Origin: Ptychomitrium polyphyllum
Taxonomy: Eukaryota
Assembly: GCA_973851085.1 (NCBI GenBank)
Contig: OZ316775.1
Span: forward strand, 11,594,001-11,658,000
DNA: 64,000 bases
Direction of reading: 5' to 3'
Every line of letters begins with the position of its first letter. Within the stretch, counting starts at the first letter, position 1. A model generated the notes under the pieces. It made no database searches. It saw only the letters and a program-made list of their open reading frames with translations, and was not told where the DNA came from. Made by a program: the position numbers and the translations under genes. This document shows, piece after piece, positions 37,446-51,581 of this stretch.

Positions 37446-37784
37446 GACTCCAGCCCTGTATCATTAAAAACCCTGAATTTAGTGGTACCTCACCCAAGAG
37501 AGATATCTAAAGAGCAGAGAGAAGACAAGAGAACTAAGAAGCCATGACCTCATTGGAGTCTCACCCTTTTACATGAGGACCCTGGATCCAACACACAACA
37601 ACAAAACTCGGTCACCTTCAACGTGCTGTGGAGGTGCAGAAACGATAACGAGCTGCGATAACGAGCTCCTTAAAGACAGTCTTGGTGGGCAAGATGGTGG
37701 AATGATAGAGAAGGGATACTTACCTCGCAGATGCGCGAGTACGAGACGGAAGGGGTAGCGATGGCGATGGCGATTGCGAGCGAG

Positions 37785-37841
37785 GCCGGAAAAAGAGAGA
37801 ACTTCGCCACAGAGCTCGCGTCTTAGGGCGCCAAACCCTAA
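37785..37841 (-). promoter_or_regulatory. RPL13 promoter: telo-box and TOP-like pyrimidine tract
   Basis: AAACCCTAA at 37833-37841 and minus-strand TCTCTCTTTTTCC near 37800-37788. Both are typical of plant ribosomal protein genes. Confidence 0.55.
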
Positions 37842-40800
37842 CACGGACGGCTCAGATGCATCACCCATCTCACGCGCGGATGCATCGCTCTCGTCTGTTC
37901 TTTGCTTCCCGTTTCTCATCCCCTCTGACGAAGGCCAGAGTCGCTCTGCGAACTACCGTCTTACCATCAGTGTGAACAGAACCGACGTCATTTTTGCGTC
38001 TACGCCAAAAAATCCGCGTTATTTCCGCGCTTCGTAGATTTCAGAGAAGCAAGCTTTGGTTGGTGGTAGATGATAGCGGATTTGTGGGTGGTGACGGCTT
38101 TGTGTATGTATTTGTATCTGTATCAATGATCAGAGTTTGTTCAACACTATCTATATGTACCTACGTATTGTGGATGAGAGTTGTTTTCTTTTGTTTGGGG
38201 CACTATCAACAATTTTGACGCCACTATGGCTGAATTTTGTAATGCCGGAAAGCTCTCAATAGGGTCAAGTGCACATTGGTAGTTTCAGAACCTTCCAGAC
38301 GTCATTGTGGCAAATATTGAATTTCAAATTATTTTCATTTCAAATTATCAAAAATTTGGATAAGTGTAATATATTAATGTTTTTCCATGGATTTGTACCA
38401 CAAAGCAACTAGTATGGTTAAATCAATGGCATATATCATAGTGGTAGGAAATCAAGAAAGTTGGAAGAACAAAGATCAATTTATCCTTCATAGAATTGGT
38501 GCAAATGAAGAATTTGTTTCTACTAGGCCTTGTATTTATGCCTACATGATATAGGTAGATGACCTAAAAGTACCAACATCTTGATGAAAATTAAAAAAAA
38601 GGATAGAATGAGGTACTATAATTACCATCAATAAGTTTTGAATACCTTCTTGTAAAGCCTTGATGGTGGCATCTTTAAACTCAAGTTCCTCCATATACTA
38701 TTCAATATTCTTGAATTGGATATTTGGCATCACTTCATTGTTTGGATTAGAAGATGTAGGTTGAATAGGATCATCTTCACTTAAAACATTAAAATATTGA
38801 GTTAATTCTTCTTGGTTGTTTACATCCATTGAAGTAACGTCCTATATAACAAATACAATAATGGACACTACTCTTGCTCATTTTTGAGTTCTATAACCTA
38901 TTAATTGCCTACTAAATCTTTGTGCTAGAAACCTATAATCCATGGAAAGGGCTTGCATTTGAAGTGCTTCATCTTTGCTTGATTTAAATGATTAAGAGAG
39001 ATTTGAAGGAACATTTATCTCTTTAATTAATTTTACTTTTATATCATTTAAACCACCATTAGGAAATAACATTAGACTGCAAGAAATGGTGGAGTAATTT
39101 GGTCGTTCAATATTTTTGGACTTTGGCATGGAGGTCCAATGTACTTCTTTGCTTAAAATAATCTTGGCATACACCATCTAAGATGACGTGCTATTATATA
39201 ACCGGTGAGCAGTGAGTAATGGCTAGTGATTCTAAAATTTAGAAAAAAGTAATGCCCATGACCGTGAAATTATGAATCCAAAATTTTATAAAAGTAAAAC
39301 AATTCAAATGCCATGTGCAAAAGGGATATGTAAATGAAATAGTCAAACATCCTACAACTATGGAAGATATTTGTAGTCATCAAAGCAAGATTTTATTACC
39401 ACAATTAATTATTATCATCTAACAATGTCAATGCTAGATTTCATTCAATAATGAATGTTTGTAGGAGCGGAATACTATCAAAAATAGCAAGTAATTTTTA
39501 TTAATAGACAGCATGCCACATTACAATTTCTTATTTTTGTTCAACATTGTACTAATGGACCTTATTTTAAGTTATTGTAGAATTCCAAAGAATATTATTT
39601 ATTTATTTTTGAGTTTATTTTACTAAATACGAGTTAACAACTTTCAAATTCTTCAACACTTAGATTCTTTGTTTACTTGGCATCATTAGCTAAATTCTTC
39701 TAAACCTTACTGTTTATACAAAATGTTAAGGAATAAAGATTTTGCTTCTAAATAGGCCTTGTCTCCAATGGAGTTGCCACGTAGAACAATAAACTTTGTT
39801 GTATAGCCAAACATTTCTATTGCAAGCAATTTTTGTAGAATTTAGATTTTAATAGGTTTTAATTGTAGAATCAATGTCTACTAATATATGAATATCATGT
39901 GATGCTTTGATTGTTTTTACATTGCTTGTAATAATTCCAATCAAAAACATATTTTTATACTAAAACTTATCAAAGTTGATTCTTTAATTGAAATGTATAG
40001 TAAAGATAACAAGTATATTATTAGGAATTGTCAAGAAATAAAGCTTATATACATTCAAGTATAAGAAATCAAGAACATACTTAGAAATTAGAAACATTTG
40101 AGTAAAAAGAAAAAAAAAGAATTTTGCTGGCTATTTGCACGTATTTTAGCTTTTGTATTTCTAATAGAACTTCTTAGCTCTATTCGATAGAAAGTCTACA
40201 CAATGGTTATAAAAACTAATGGAATGATGAAACCTTATAGAAATTCTATTATTTCACATACATGGATTGCAACAAATTGCAACATCCATATTCATTTTAT
40301 ATGGATGAATGTATTAGTAGAGAACATAACCCGGCTCATTTTAAATTTGAAGAACTTGAAATTTGTCCTTCTTTTATGTGTAATACAATCAATTATTGAG
40401 CTAAAACAAATTGTTTCAACAACTGGTAAATTTCACATTGAATTCTAAGGTTTTACATATTGAAGTAGTGATTTGAAACTTATTACTTAAAAATTTAGTT
40501 GCACAATATTGATCAAAGTTCAATATTTGATAAAAACCAATTTAATGAGGTCAAAACTTATTTAAAGCTTTTCTATTTCTTCATGCCTCCTTATCTCAAA
40601 AATAGTAGTGTTGTCTATTATACTATGGCCCAAATTTATTCTGCAGCAAAACAAACTATCATAACAATAATAAAAGCGCAAATTCTAATTATGACTCATT
40701 TATACATTTTTGCAATATAATGTGCAATGAATATGGTCTTGCTTATTATATGTTGCAAGAATCTAATAAAAATAGAAGGCATTGTTATAATTATTTGAAG

Positions 40801-41672
40801 AATTGAATTCATTGGCCTTTTACAATAAAATGCTGAAAATTAATATAATAAACTAATATTCAAAAGTAGTGGAAGTTACATACTTCCATGTAATTTAAAA
40901 CCTAGATTGTTAGTAAAAAGGGAACAACCATTGGACCTCCTTTTTGACACCAACACAAAACATATTCATTTCAATCGCTCTTTAAAATTTGTATACTAAG
41001 CATCTTCAACTTTTTTGAAGCTTTAATTCCATATAGACTAGGATCAATCCTTTGTTCGTTCTAAAATCCATTTTTTTTAAAAAAAACTCAATTTTAGGCA
41101 ACAGAAAGGTTGCCAAAACAAACAAAGATCTTTGCAAGTAATAATAAGGCTTAATATAAAACTAAAGGAACAAAATAAAAAAATAAAAAAATACTAATAA
41201 AATAATATTGTATTATTGTATTGTATTATTGTAGATAGAAAAAAATATGGTAAGTAAGCTAGAAATTCAAATAAATTCCAAATTCAAAAATATAAGTTTA
41301 ATTTCATTCAAAATATTGACTAGGCTTAAATAAAACTGTTACTTTCTTTACGGTTACTACATTCCGTAGCTTCTACATCCAAAAATTATCTGGCACAAGT
41401 ACTATACAAATGAAGGACACAAGAAGGAGTTAAAGAAAGAACCACTTCAAAGGCTGCTACTATTTCTTTAGCATAAGAAGGTAGCATAAATGTAAATGGA
41501 GGGTTTAAATCCACATGCTAAAAAAGCAAAGGAACATGCAAGAAAAGCAGAACTTTCCGCAAGATAAAGGAAATAATTTAAGATTAATAAGAAGGTAGCC
41601 ATAAAATGCACAAACATGAAATAGATGGAGAAACAAAAACAAACTTATGCAAGCAATTTGATTGTATTTTGG

Positions 41673-42652
41673 CTATTTTGTGGGGCGTTGATTTAAAAAA
41701 GGATTATTCAAGATCTTCTTCTTTCTTGTAGTTGTAGGTGGAGGTTTTAGAGCATCCAAAGGCTTGAAGAGGGCCTCAAAGATAATAAAATCAAATTCAA
41801 AAGCAAGAATGTGTCGGTTGGTGGCTTGGCAAATATGGATACAAGCTCCTACAGTTATATAAGAAAGCAAGTTAAAAGTTAAAGACATGAAAACAATAAA
41901 GAAATATAGTGAAGGTATTAAAGAAAAATTGCCTAGAAATGCATCTATAGAAGCCTTCCAATTAAAGACTATGCCACTTGGTTTGAAGAAGCACTCAATG
42001 AACATTTATATGAATATTGGATCTTTTTCACAAATACCTAGTCATGGCATAATATCATGCATGAGTTGACTAAACAAAGTGGTCAGGTTAAACAAGGTGT
42101 CATTCTTGTTTAAGCTTTGAACTTCATCAACAAAGTTAAGATGCTCTTGCAAAAAGAACTGTGCTTGATTTGGTTCATTACAAATATAGATTTGAAATTT
42201 GAAGCATAGAGATTGCCAATACAAAATAAGAATTAAAAGTTGAAAATTCATATCAATGAAATTAAGCTAGAAAATGAAAAATGAAAATAATTCAAATACA
42301 TAATTATTCAAAGGGTTCTTTGCAAATGCTAAGAACAATTCTTTGATTCTCCACTAATTTCAAAATTGATAGAAAAAATATAAGTTGCCTGCTTCTTCCA
42401 CCTTACAGAGAACCAAGTGGTCATATCATTGATATGGAGAAGTAGCACTACGGTATTATTATGGAAATAAACATTAGAAAATTCAAAAACAAATTCTATA
42501 TACTTCACAAATTGTGAATTCCAATTAGGAATTACAAATGGAAGCTGCTAGATTCTAAAAATGGATAGATTTTTGGAAATGTTGGTAATAAAGAGGTCAA
42601 TGCCAAAATTTCTACACTACTCTCATGATACAATGGCGTTAGCTCTTTCCAA
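41673..42652 (-). pseudogene. Remnant of an intron-containing beta-class N4/N6 (amino) DNA methyltransferase-like gene inside the retroelement
   Basis: IDLFITNIS..PNWN..YIEFVFEFSNVYFHNNTVVLLLH (42601-42432; motif IV-VI-like), then CEKDPIFI*MFIECFFKPSGIVFNWKASIG|ACIHICQATNRHILAFEFD after removing a 96-nt T-rich intron at 41944-41849 (motif X-I-II-like). Confidence 0.6.
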
Positions 42653-45600
42653 CTTAAAAAATTGAAATGGTATGAAAATCAAAGAAATTTAAGCTAGTAA
42701 AAAATTAAATTTTAAATAAGAATGAAAAGCAAATGAAGAACAATATCTTGGTAATAACTCTTGAATTTGAGTCCAAAGACGGTCTAGACTAAAAGGTTGT
42801 TCCAAAGTCTTTATAATTACAAAAAATGAAGATTTTGAATAAAAAAATGTGATGGAAGGATCAAATCTGATAAAATAAATGATGCAGGAACTTGATGTTG
42901 TTTCTTCCTTAGCAGAACCTCCAAAGTAGTCTACAAAACATTGAAAGAGAAAGGGTCCATATCTGGAAGATCATTGTTATTAAAGTGAATGATGGCTCTG
43001 TCTACAGTACAATCTTTCTACAAACTTCTATAATTGCCTTCTTGCATACTATCTTAGAAATTTTGTTTTCCTTTTGAAAAAAAGGAGTACTTTCAAAGAT
43101 AATAAAAAGAAGTGCTTTAAGAAGGAGGTCATTAATTGCATAAATAGAATCCATGACAATAAAAACATTATCATCAAACAAACAATGGAGGCTAATTTCT
43201 TCATTAAGGATAAAGTTCAAAGGGCACTTTAGATACCACCTTGCAACTTCTAGATGTAGGCATGAAAACTTCTTTAGTTAATTGGCATTGAAAATGTACA
43301 TATTGGAAGAAGCTCGCATCTACGCAACAAAAAATGGTAGCAAGTTGTAGTGGATAACTGCATCTTTTTTTATAAGCTTGCACATGAAGTATCTATAAAA
43401 GAAAGGAAATACATTTTAAACAAAAAAACACTATGAAAGTCCAAACTAAAGATGTAGAAAAAATAGAAATGAGTTAGAAAAATTTATTTTGTAAATTACT
43501 CTTTTGCTAATTAATTCATCACTGGAGAAGTTGTCAAAGATGGAGCTCTTCAACAATGCCGACTCAATGCTATTTTGGAGGAAGGATTAAAATGCCTTTT
43601 AAAAAAATATAATATGCTACCTCTCCACATAGTCAGCTTGCTTCAAAATTCTTTAAGAAGCCACCTAGTTGATGGCAAGGGTTCCATTGTTGACTACTTC
43701 AAAGTGACTAAGAACACAATCTTTAAGCTGAAAAAGAGAAATATCAAAATTTAAATTGAAAATTAGTAAAGAAGAATGAAGTATTTGAAGATGTTAAAAA
43801 TTAGAAATATTTAGGCCCAAAAAAATACTTTGTTCAATCAAGCATCTAAAACATTCTATTGTAAAAGTGGCTGTTTTTGCACTTTTTTAATTATCATTTT
43901 TGGCTTTTTAAAATGGCTAAAGTAATGATTAATTTGCAATACAAAAGGATATAAGTTGCCACTTTAAGAAGCCAAAAATGATAATTGATCCAACTATGCT
44001 TGTTAGAAATAATTTTGTATTAAAGATCTCTAACTGCACTAAGTTGTTTGATAATACCTCCTTTACCAAATAGGAACCTAACAAGAGGGCATTAAATTTC
44101 TCTAGAAAAGCTAGCTTCTTTGCATTTTGCAGTAACACTAATATTTCAATGCAAAGTTTTTTAGTTTTATTCTTCCTATTAAAAGCTATTTTTTCTATGC
44201 CATAGAATAGCTTCCATATGTTGCGTACTTCTTTGCCTAATTTCATCCAATCCTTCCAAATGTTCCAAGCAGTCTATCAAAGATTAGCTAGTTGATAAAC
44301 AATTAGTATTGCAATGTAAAGATAAGGAACTTTAAATTCTTTAGGGAAGATAGCTTCAATGTCATAAACCAAAAAGAAGAGAGTAATTTAAGTGATGACC
44401 CTGAATATAGTCCTATAGGCCCACAATGCAGCTAGAAGCTTTACATTCCAATCCTTCTTGGAATCCTTTATTATCTTCTTCAAAATGTTGACTAGCGTCT
44501 AATTCACCATTTCTATATGGCCATTGGTTTGAGGGTGATAAGGAGTAGTTGTGTTATAGCTAATTTTAAATCTAGAGGTCATTTTTTCTATTATATTGTT
44601 CAAAAAGTGCCCACATCTATTACTAATTAGTATGCAAGGGCAACTCACGCTAGTAATGATTTAATCAAATAGAAATATGTTGCACTCTTGGCGTCATTGT
44701 TTTCAATTGCCTTGGCTTTTGCTTACTTAGTCAAATACTTTGTTGCCATTAAGACATGCATTACACCACTAGCAAAATTAGGGTGGACTTCCACTCTGCA
44801 ATCAATGCTTCACTTTTCAAAAGGAACTAGCGGTAACAATTGATAGAGAGACAAATTCATTCTAAAGTTGTTCCTTGCATACGGCTGGCAAGCATTGCAT
44901 TTTTTTGCATGAGCATGCACTCTCTGAAACAAGATGGACTAGTAATAGCTTGCCTTTAGGATCTTTTGGCTAGTAAGTTGACCAAAAAAGTGCCACCACA
45001 TATAGTATCATGGCATGCTATTAGGTTGCTTAAAATCTCAAGCATATTCCCACATTGTTTCAAAATACCATCTACTATTTAAAAATAGAATCTACCCTCT
45101 ACCAATATAAAATGCCTACTATTAATGCAAATTTTTTTCTTCTTATTTTTTATCAAGGCTAAAGGCATCTACTAGATAGCTAAGAATTTTGCAATGTGAG
45201 TATATTAAAGAAAATTTGTAAAAATGAAAAACAAGCTCTTTGCTAGAATCTCATCATTGATGGAATGTAAAGCTAATTTTATAGACAATCAAAACAAATG
45301 GTACGCCTACTTGTGCATCTTGCCACGTTTTTAATCTACAGTATAGTCAAATTTCTCAAGTAAAAGAATCTAGCGGAAAATCATGCCATTTGACTTTGAC
45401 TTGTTGTTTATGTACTTGATGACTATATGATCCACCAAAATTACCACTTGGCTCATTAAGAAGTAATGGCAATACTTCTTGGCAAAGGAAACCATGGCTA
45501 TACATTCCTACTTTGTAATGGTCTAGTTCCTCTTATTGCATTTAATAGCTTGTTAGCAAAAGCTACAAGTGGATGTTTATGATTTAGGCCCGTGGACTAA

Positions 45601-47831
45601 CATAAAGTACTATCAACTGTTACCACTAATGCATCACAATAGACATGAAATGGTAGGTTCTAATTAAAAGGTTTTACTGTAAAATAGGTTTGATGGTGTT
45701 AAAAGCTACATAGCATTTAAAAGTCCACTCAAACTTGACAACCTTCTTAATAAGATTGATAAGCAGAATGGAGGTAGAAGCATAATCTATCATAATGTCT
45801 TTATACTAATCCATGTGGCTTATGGCTCTTTCCATGCCCTTTGCATTAGTTAATGGAGCCAATTTGGTAATTACCTCTACCCTCTCTGAGTCTGACTCCT
45901 TATCTTTTATAAATACTATATATTCCAATAGGACACCTCAAATTATTGTTAGGTATAACTTTTTGGGATTTAAGGATTTAAGGATTTACCATGGTTTTGT
46001 GTAACAAGTTTAAAACGGCATGAATTATAATCTTCTAAAAAATAGTTGGAGCATTAGAGAGCCCAAAAGGCATTACCAGATAAATGAAAGTTTTCCAAGG
46101 CGTTGTAAATGTAGCCTTATAATAGTCCTTTAGAGCTACAGAAATTAAATTTACCTTTATTTTTCTTCACTAATACCATTGAGGAAACCTAATTAAAAAT
46201 CTCCACTACTTTGATGAAGCCAACTTCTAACAACTTTTTCAACTAAGCTTTAATTATTAGGAACAGGTTTGGATTCATTTTTTTTTTTTTTTTGCTTAAG
46301 TGATTTAGATCCTAGAATTAAGAGAATAGTATGTTGGATCACCTCAATAGAAATTTTCTACAAGCCTTTGTATAATCAAGCAAAGAAGTCATGAAATTCT
46401 TTTACTAGAATAGTTTGAGGAAGTTTAATAATAATCTCAACATTACAATAGTCACATCATCTTCATCTTACATCCCTTGCCTAATAGTGTTCTTTCTTCT
46501 TACATTAGCTATATGGATAGAATGTACAGACTTTATAATGACCACCAATAGATCAAGACTTACACTAATAAGATCCAAAATGACTACAATTTTATTTTTT
46601 GTCACTATTTAAGCATTTGCCATCTCTAATGTTCAAATGACAATTTTAACTACTTTGTTTGGAACCTTGGAGTTCAAAAGTGCATTAAATAAGTAGGCAT
46701 GACTTTTGTGGCATTTGCTATTCATGCTACACCTTCCAAACTTTTTTCTCTAAAATATAAACTTTGTTATATTTCTCTAATTTGCCTACCACTTTGTCCT
46801 GCTATTACTTATTATGTGATTATTTCAAAGGCCCTTGATTCACCTTGAGCCTTTGTGACTTCCTCTTCAAAATCTCAATTCTAAAAGAGAAGCAAAATAT
46901 AGAAATTGTTATTGACAAGTTTACTATGTTTGCTTCTCCCGTCTACAGAACCATTGTAAGAAGCTTTAAATGATTTATAAAGCCTATTAAAAGATAAAGT
47001 GTTTATCTTGAAATGTTTGTCAACTTTCTAAATAGTGGTGTAGATCTTGTAAGGCGAATGCAAATCACAAGGAATATGAAAGATTTTTGGATAATATTTC
47101 ACCATGTTAAATGTATTAAGAATTGAACATCCGTGGCATGCCATATCTATGTTAACAAATATTGCAAGGTTCTCATTATTGCTTGTTGCAATATACAATT
47201 TGAAGATCCTTATGCTTAAAGACAATTTTGGGAGAATTTTAGTTCCGTCATGGAAAACAATAGAATTTCTTGTGTCAATCTTTGGAATTTCATGGCAGAT
47301 AATGCCTAGGCAAAATGGACTGTCATTTGTCAAATCTATGATTTCAAAGACTCCATTGTTTTTATAGAAGGCAAAAAGAAAACTTGTCTCTATCATTAGA
47401 TACTAAACTTAGAGAAGTATTTCTAAAACTATATCAAATTTTCATTACAATTCCATTTTAAAAAACTTTGCAAAAGTTATAAAGATGCATGCACTTAAGA
47501 AGCGGGTGATATCAAATACCATGCCATTTGAAGTTGGCGGGCAAATTTAGAGACAGCTACATAAAAAGGAATGGCTGCCTTTCTGAGTGGCTTAATTTTT
47601 GGCATTTTTTCTATAGGCAGTGGAGCAGCCATATGATTCTTATAAGTTCCACTTTACAAAAACTATATCAAATTAACCTTCTTTATCATTTATTTTTTAT
47701 TAATTTCAATCCTAAATTTCTAAAGGGCCTTATTGTTGATCAAAGGGTAAAAATGGCTTTTTGCAATCTTGCAAAGATTATTCACCATAAGTAGCTTTTG
47801 CAATCTAATATTAAGATGATTTATTTCTACT

Positions 47832-47876
47832 AAAACTCTAACTCTAAACCCTAAATCCTAAACCCTAAACCTAAAC
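47832..47876. repeat. Degenerate plant telomere-like (CCCTAAA)n tract
   Basis: AAAACTCTAACTCTAAACCCTAAATCCTAAACCCTAAACCTAAAC. Confidence 0.7.
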
Positions 47877-50800
47877 TATTGAAGTTGGATAAAAGAAGGT
47901 TCCTTTAAAAAATGCTTAAATTATACCTTCCTCAAATTAAAGGGTGCTGTAGAAATTTGGGATTTTAAGGCTTTCTAGCAGGCTACAAAATACATTCTAA
48001 GTAGTGGTGATATCATAACTCATCTAGTTTCTTTACTAAGCATTAAGATTTATAGAACAACAAAGCAAAGTTGAATATGTCCTTTGGTTTGGAATTTGAC
48101 TTCCATAAGCATGATACGGTAATTATTCTATCCCCTGTCCAACGACAAGGTCAATAAAAGCACAAATTGAATAATGCTTTTAAAATTTGCTACTTTGAAT
48201 CACTCATACAACTGCTGTTTATAAAACAGATTGCAATGCAATAAGGTGGCAGACTGCTAGGCTTCCTAAGACTTATCGCAAGGTATGTTAAACACTACAA
48301 GTTACTATTAAAAAGCCTTGCAAGGCCACCATAAGTAAGGACCCCATAGCACTCTTTGTCCCACATTCTTTAGTAATTAGTTTGATTATCATTTAGAAAA
48401 GAAATTAAGGACAAAATTTTGTTTCCATCCTAACAATTGTCCATTGCTATGTTCAAGAGACCAAATTTAGCAATTATATTACTGACTTCTTTGCGTCTCC
48501 ATTACCTAATCAATGAAACTTTGGACAACCTTAATTGGAAAGAAGTACTTGCTTTATAAGATATTGGCTTCCAATTGCAGCACTGCAATACCCATCCTTA
48601 AATTCGAATTTTGTATTTCTAAAGCTTCCATGGCACCTCTAATATAATGACACAATAAGAAGGTTCATTGTACAAATAGTAATTCTATTACAAACCATAG
48701 GAAAATATGGAAGAGTACTACCCTCATAGACAATTGCTACATTATAAGGGTCATGGCCATCCTTCATCCAAGATATGATGCAATCATCACTCTTGTTTCC
48801 AACTCTGGCAAACTTACATTGTTAAAGTCACCACCCCTACCCTCTCTAATTACCTTGTTGTCTATACTTGGTCTAGCTAAATTCCCTTCAAATTCCAATT
48901 GCAAAATAAATGAAGCTTGAAGAAGGTTACAAATGCACGTGTATACTAACCATGTGAAAATGTGATAACCTTAGATGACAAGGAGATCATTTTTGAGTGC
49001 ACCTCCTCCTTCACCAAGGGGACCTCTTCACTCACTTTCTAGTATCAAGCACTGTAAGTGCAGGCCACTGATTCACAAGTGGGAGAGGCGAGTAACACAT
49101 GGGGGGCAGTGCTTATATACTGGGGTTGGTCCGCAATGGCGGATGGGTCTCCGTGCTGCAGATCGGTCTTGGGGGGCACCGCGGATGATCCTCGACCACA
49201 GATGATGAATCGCGCGTCGACGTGTCGGGCTCTGGCAACTGTAGATGAGTGTCGCCGACTCGCCCCGACCGCGGATAAGAAGCTGTCGACCGCGATCGTG
49301 GCAAATTTTTGTTAACATTATTGTTTCTGGATATGTGCACTGAGTGAGGGACTCTGTTTGGTGCTATGAAAGTTTGTCATAGGCCCAAAGATGTTGAGGC
49401 AAGGCTGCGGACTGAGCACCTTCTGAAGTTGAAAATATCAAAACCTCCTGGTGTAATGGAAATGATTCTACTACGGTAAGAGCATGGGAAAGTCCTACAT
49501 GGCTCATTCGTGAACTTCACGGGATATGTTTTGGTAGCTTGCGCTACGCTTGGAACAGCTTGCTTACAGAAATGTAATGTTATAGCCCAAGTGCACTGAA
49601 CTGCGAATTCCAGCGATCGAATTACATTACTTACAAGTATTAGGTAGCATCCATATTTGAGTAAATTGTGCTCACTTATCAAGATCAGATTGGACGTACC
49701 AGTGCCTAAACGCCTTCTTATGCAGAGTCAGGACTGTGCTCAGAATCTGGCAAACTCTCCCTTGGGCACCCTGACTTGCTTCCACTGGAGGTAGTTGTTA
49801 TTTACAGTCCTTCGACGATGCTTGACCTCCCTAAAGCGGCGCTCTGCCCAGCTGCTTCAAAATATACCTTGATGTCCAACATGGTCACACTCCCTCAACA
49901 CAAGATTCCCAGGTTTGCCATTTTCCTTGCGCATTAGATGTGCACTTCTTAGGGTTCCAGCTTGTAGAACTTGAAAACGCCCTCTGCAAAGTTTCTTCCA
50001 ACCTGGTTGAACTCCTGTGTCGTGGGTTGCACCCGCCGGATTAAGACTGGCCGGCGTAATCAAGGAATTCATTGATCTGGAAGGTCATGGCCGTTCAGAG
50101 AGCACTACCACCTGTAGAAGATCAGAATGGATTTAAACTATCCTTATGTTCATATTTTTTCAAAATCCTCCTACGATTCTTAACCTTATGAGATGGCAGG
50201 GGCATCAACATATGATCCATGGATGGTGGAATTTAGCCCTAACCAGCTTCAGTTTAATGCGACTACCGCAGAAAAATTTACAGTCTTCAAGGTGCCTGAA
50301 AACCTTTAAGAGAGTTGTAATGACTATAACTTTAAGATTAAGATCCTGCAACTTGGGCTTCACAACCGGACAGACAAACCAGGCACACCAGAGAAGATCT
50401 TTTAGAACCTCAAACTTGAGATTGCCTTGGTTCTCCATCATGGGTTCAGCAACCTATCTGCAACTCCACTCTGGAACAAAATATTAGGATCGTAGGAGAA
50501 TTTTGCCAAAGTAATCGTGAACACCCGCCGTGTGAGTGGGGCATGAAGCAACTGAATAATCTGTTCTTGGAGAGTATACCAAGTGCCACACAATTGGAGG
50601 AGATTGGTATAAAAAGCAAAGCACTCAGCTCAATGCACAGGAAACAGTGTGGAGCTCAGTCATGGATATCACACTTGGATTCCCAGTGCAAGGTTAAAAC
50701 CGCCGAAAACGAAAATCCTCGACCAGACAGCTCGACACTTTCGCAACCTAACCAGCATGTGCAGCTCTTTGGACAAGCTATAAAACAGTACAACAATAAT

Positions 50801-51581
50801 ATGAGTTGTTACCTTTTAAGCGTGTATGAGTTGCGCAAGGATGTGACAGATTTGCAATTCTTAAATAAGAGGGGAGTGATCAACGAGCACATCAGACGTG
50901 AAGTGGCTTTTGAGCATGTGGCGCAGGATATTGGAGGGAGTGGAGAGACCTATTCCTTCAAATGCTCGGTTAAAATGCTACAACAATGTCCACAAGCATC
51001 GTCATTCAAGGTAGAAACGCAGGAAACGAAAGCAATTTGGGATGTTCTGAAGCCAGCCATGGCAGACTCTGTATTTTGGCTGCCATTGTCCTACTGTTTT
51101 TGACTGCTTTGCAAATATAATTCACATTCTGCGAGCAGTAAGGAGAGGAGAGATGGCCACTGCGTAATTGTCATTGCCCCACTTCCTTGCAAACGAAAAT
51201 TAACGTAATGCATTTTTAGTACCGTCGATATAATTTCAAAGCAATTTAGAACTCAAGAGTTTCAGTTTCCTCGAGTCCAGATCCTCAATGAATCCTTCAG
51301 AAACATTTCTAGCAGTGAGCATGAACATAACGGTAGCCAACCAGTACTGGAACGAAACAGAAAGACCATTGTCGCAGCAACTACCATTAAGTATGGGAAG
51401 TTATGCCACACCAGACCGTGGTGATAAAGTGCAGAGTATACTGCGTACGCTTCCAAAGAGGTCATATGACCGTTTCTCATGTAAATGCAAGGTAAAATGT
51501 CGTTTCTGCTTATAGCAAGGTATAATGTGTAGACGAAGAGAAACAATGGAGTCTAGTAACAGAATTACTAAAACTATACTT

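Larger units (their letters stand above)
38300..48955 (-). mobile_element. Highly decayed non-chromoviral Ty3/Gypsy (Athila/Tat-like) retrotransposon with ~5.5 kb extra 3' region; boundaries approximate
   Basis: Very AT-rich. RT FIYLVMPFGLSNAPT (46088-46044); RNase H PFHVYCDA (~45655-45630); integrase HAHAKKCNACQ (~44920-44890) and TTPYHPQTNGHIEMVN*TLVNILKK..DW..KL.AALWAYRT (~44550-44410); GPF/Y-like LGSYLVKEV (~44080-44055). gag/PR remnants are presumed at 47.0-48.8 kb. LTRs were not identified. Confidence 0.8.

Noticed and set aside
48930..48985. PBS and 5' LTR of the large Gypsy element (minus CACA|TGGTTAGTATAC)
   Set aside because: No matching second LTR was found and no tRNA match could be verified.
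49000..51103. Gene between the TE and PEX2, including the 186-aa ORF 50543-51103
   Set aside because: No recognisable domain or consistent exon chain; may be a lncRNA or UTR.
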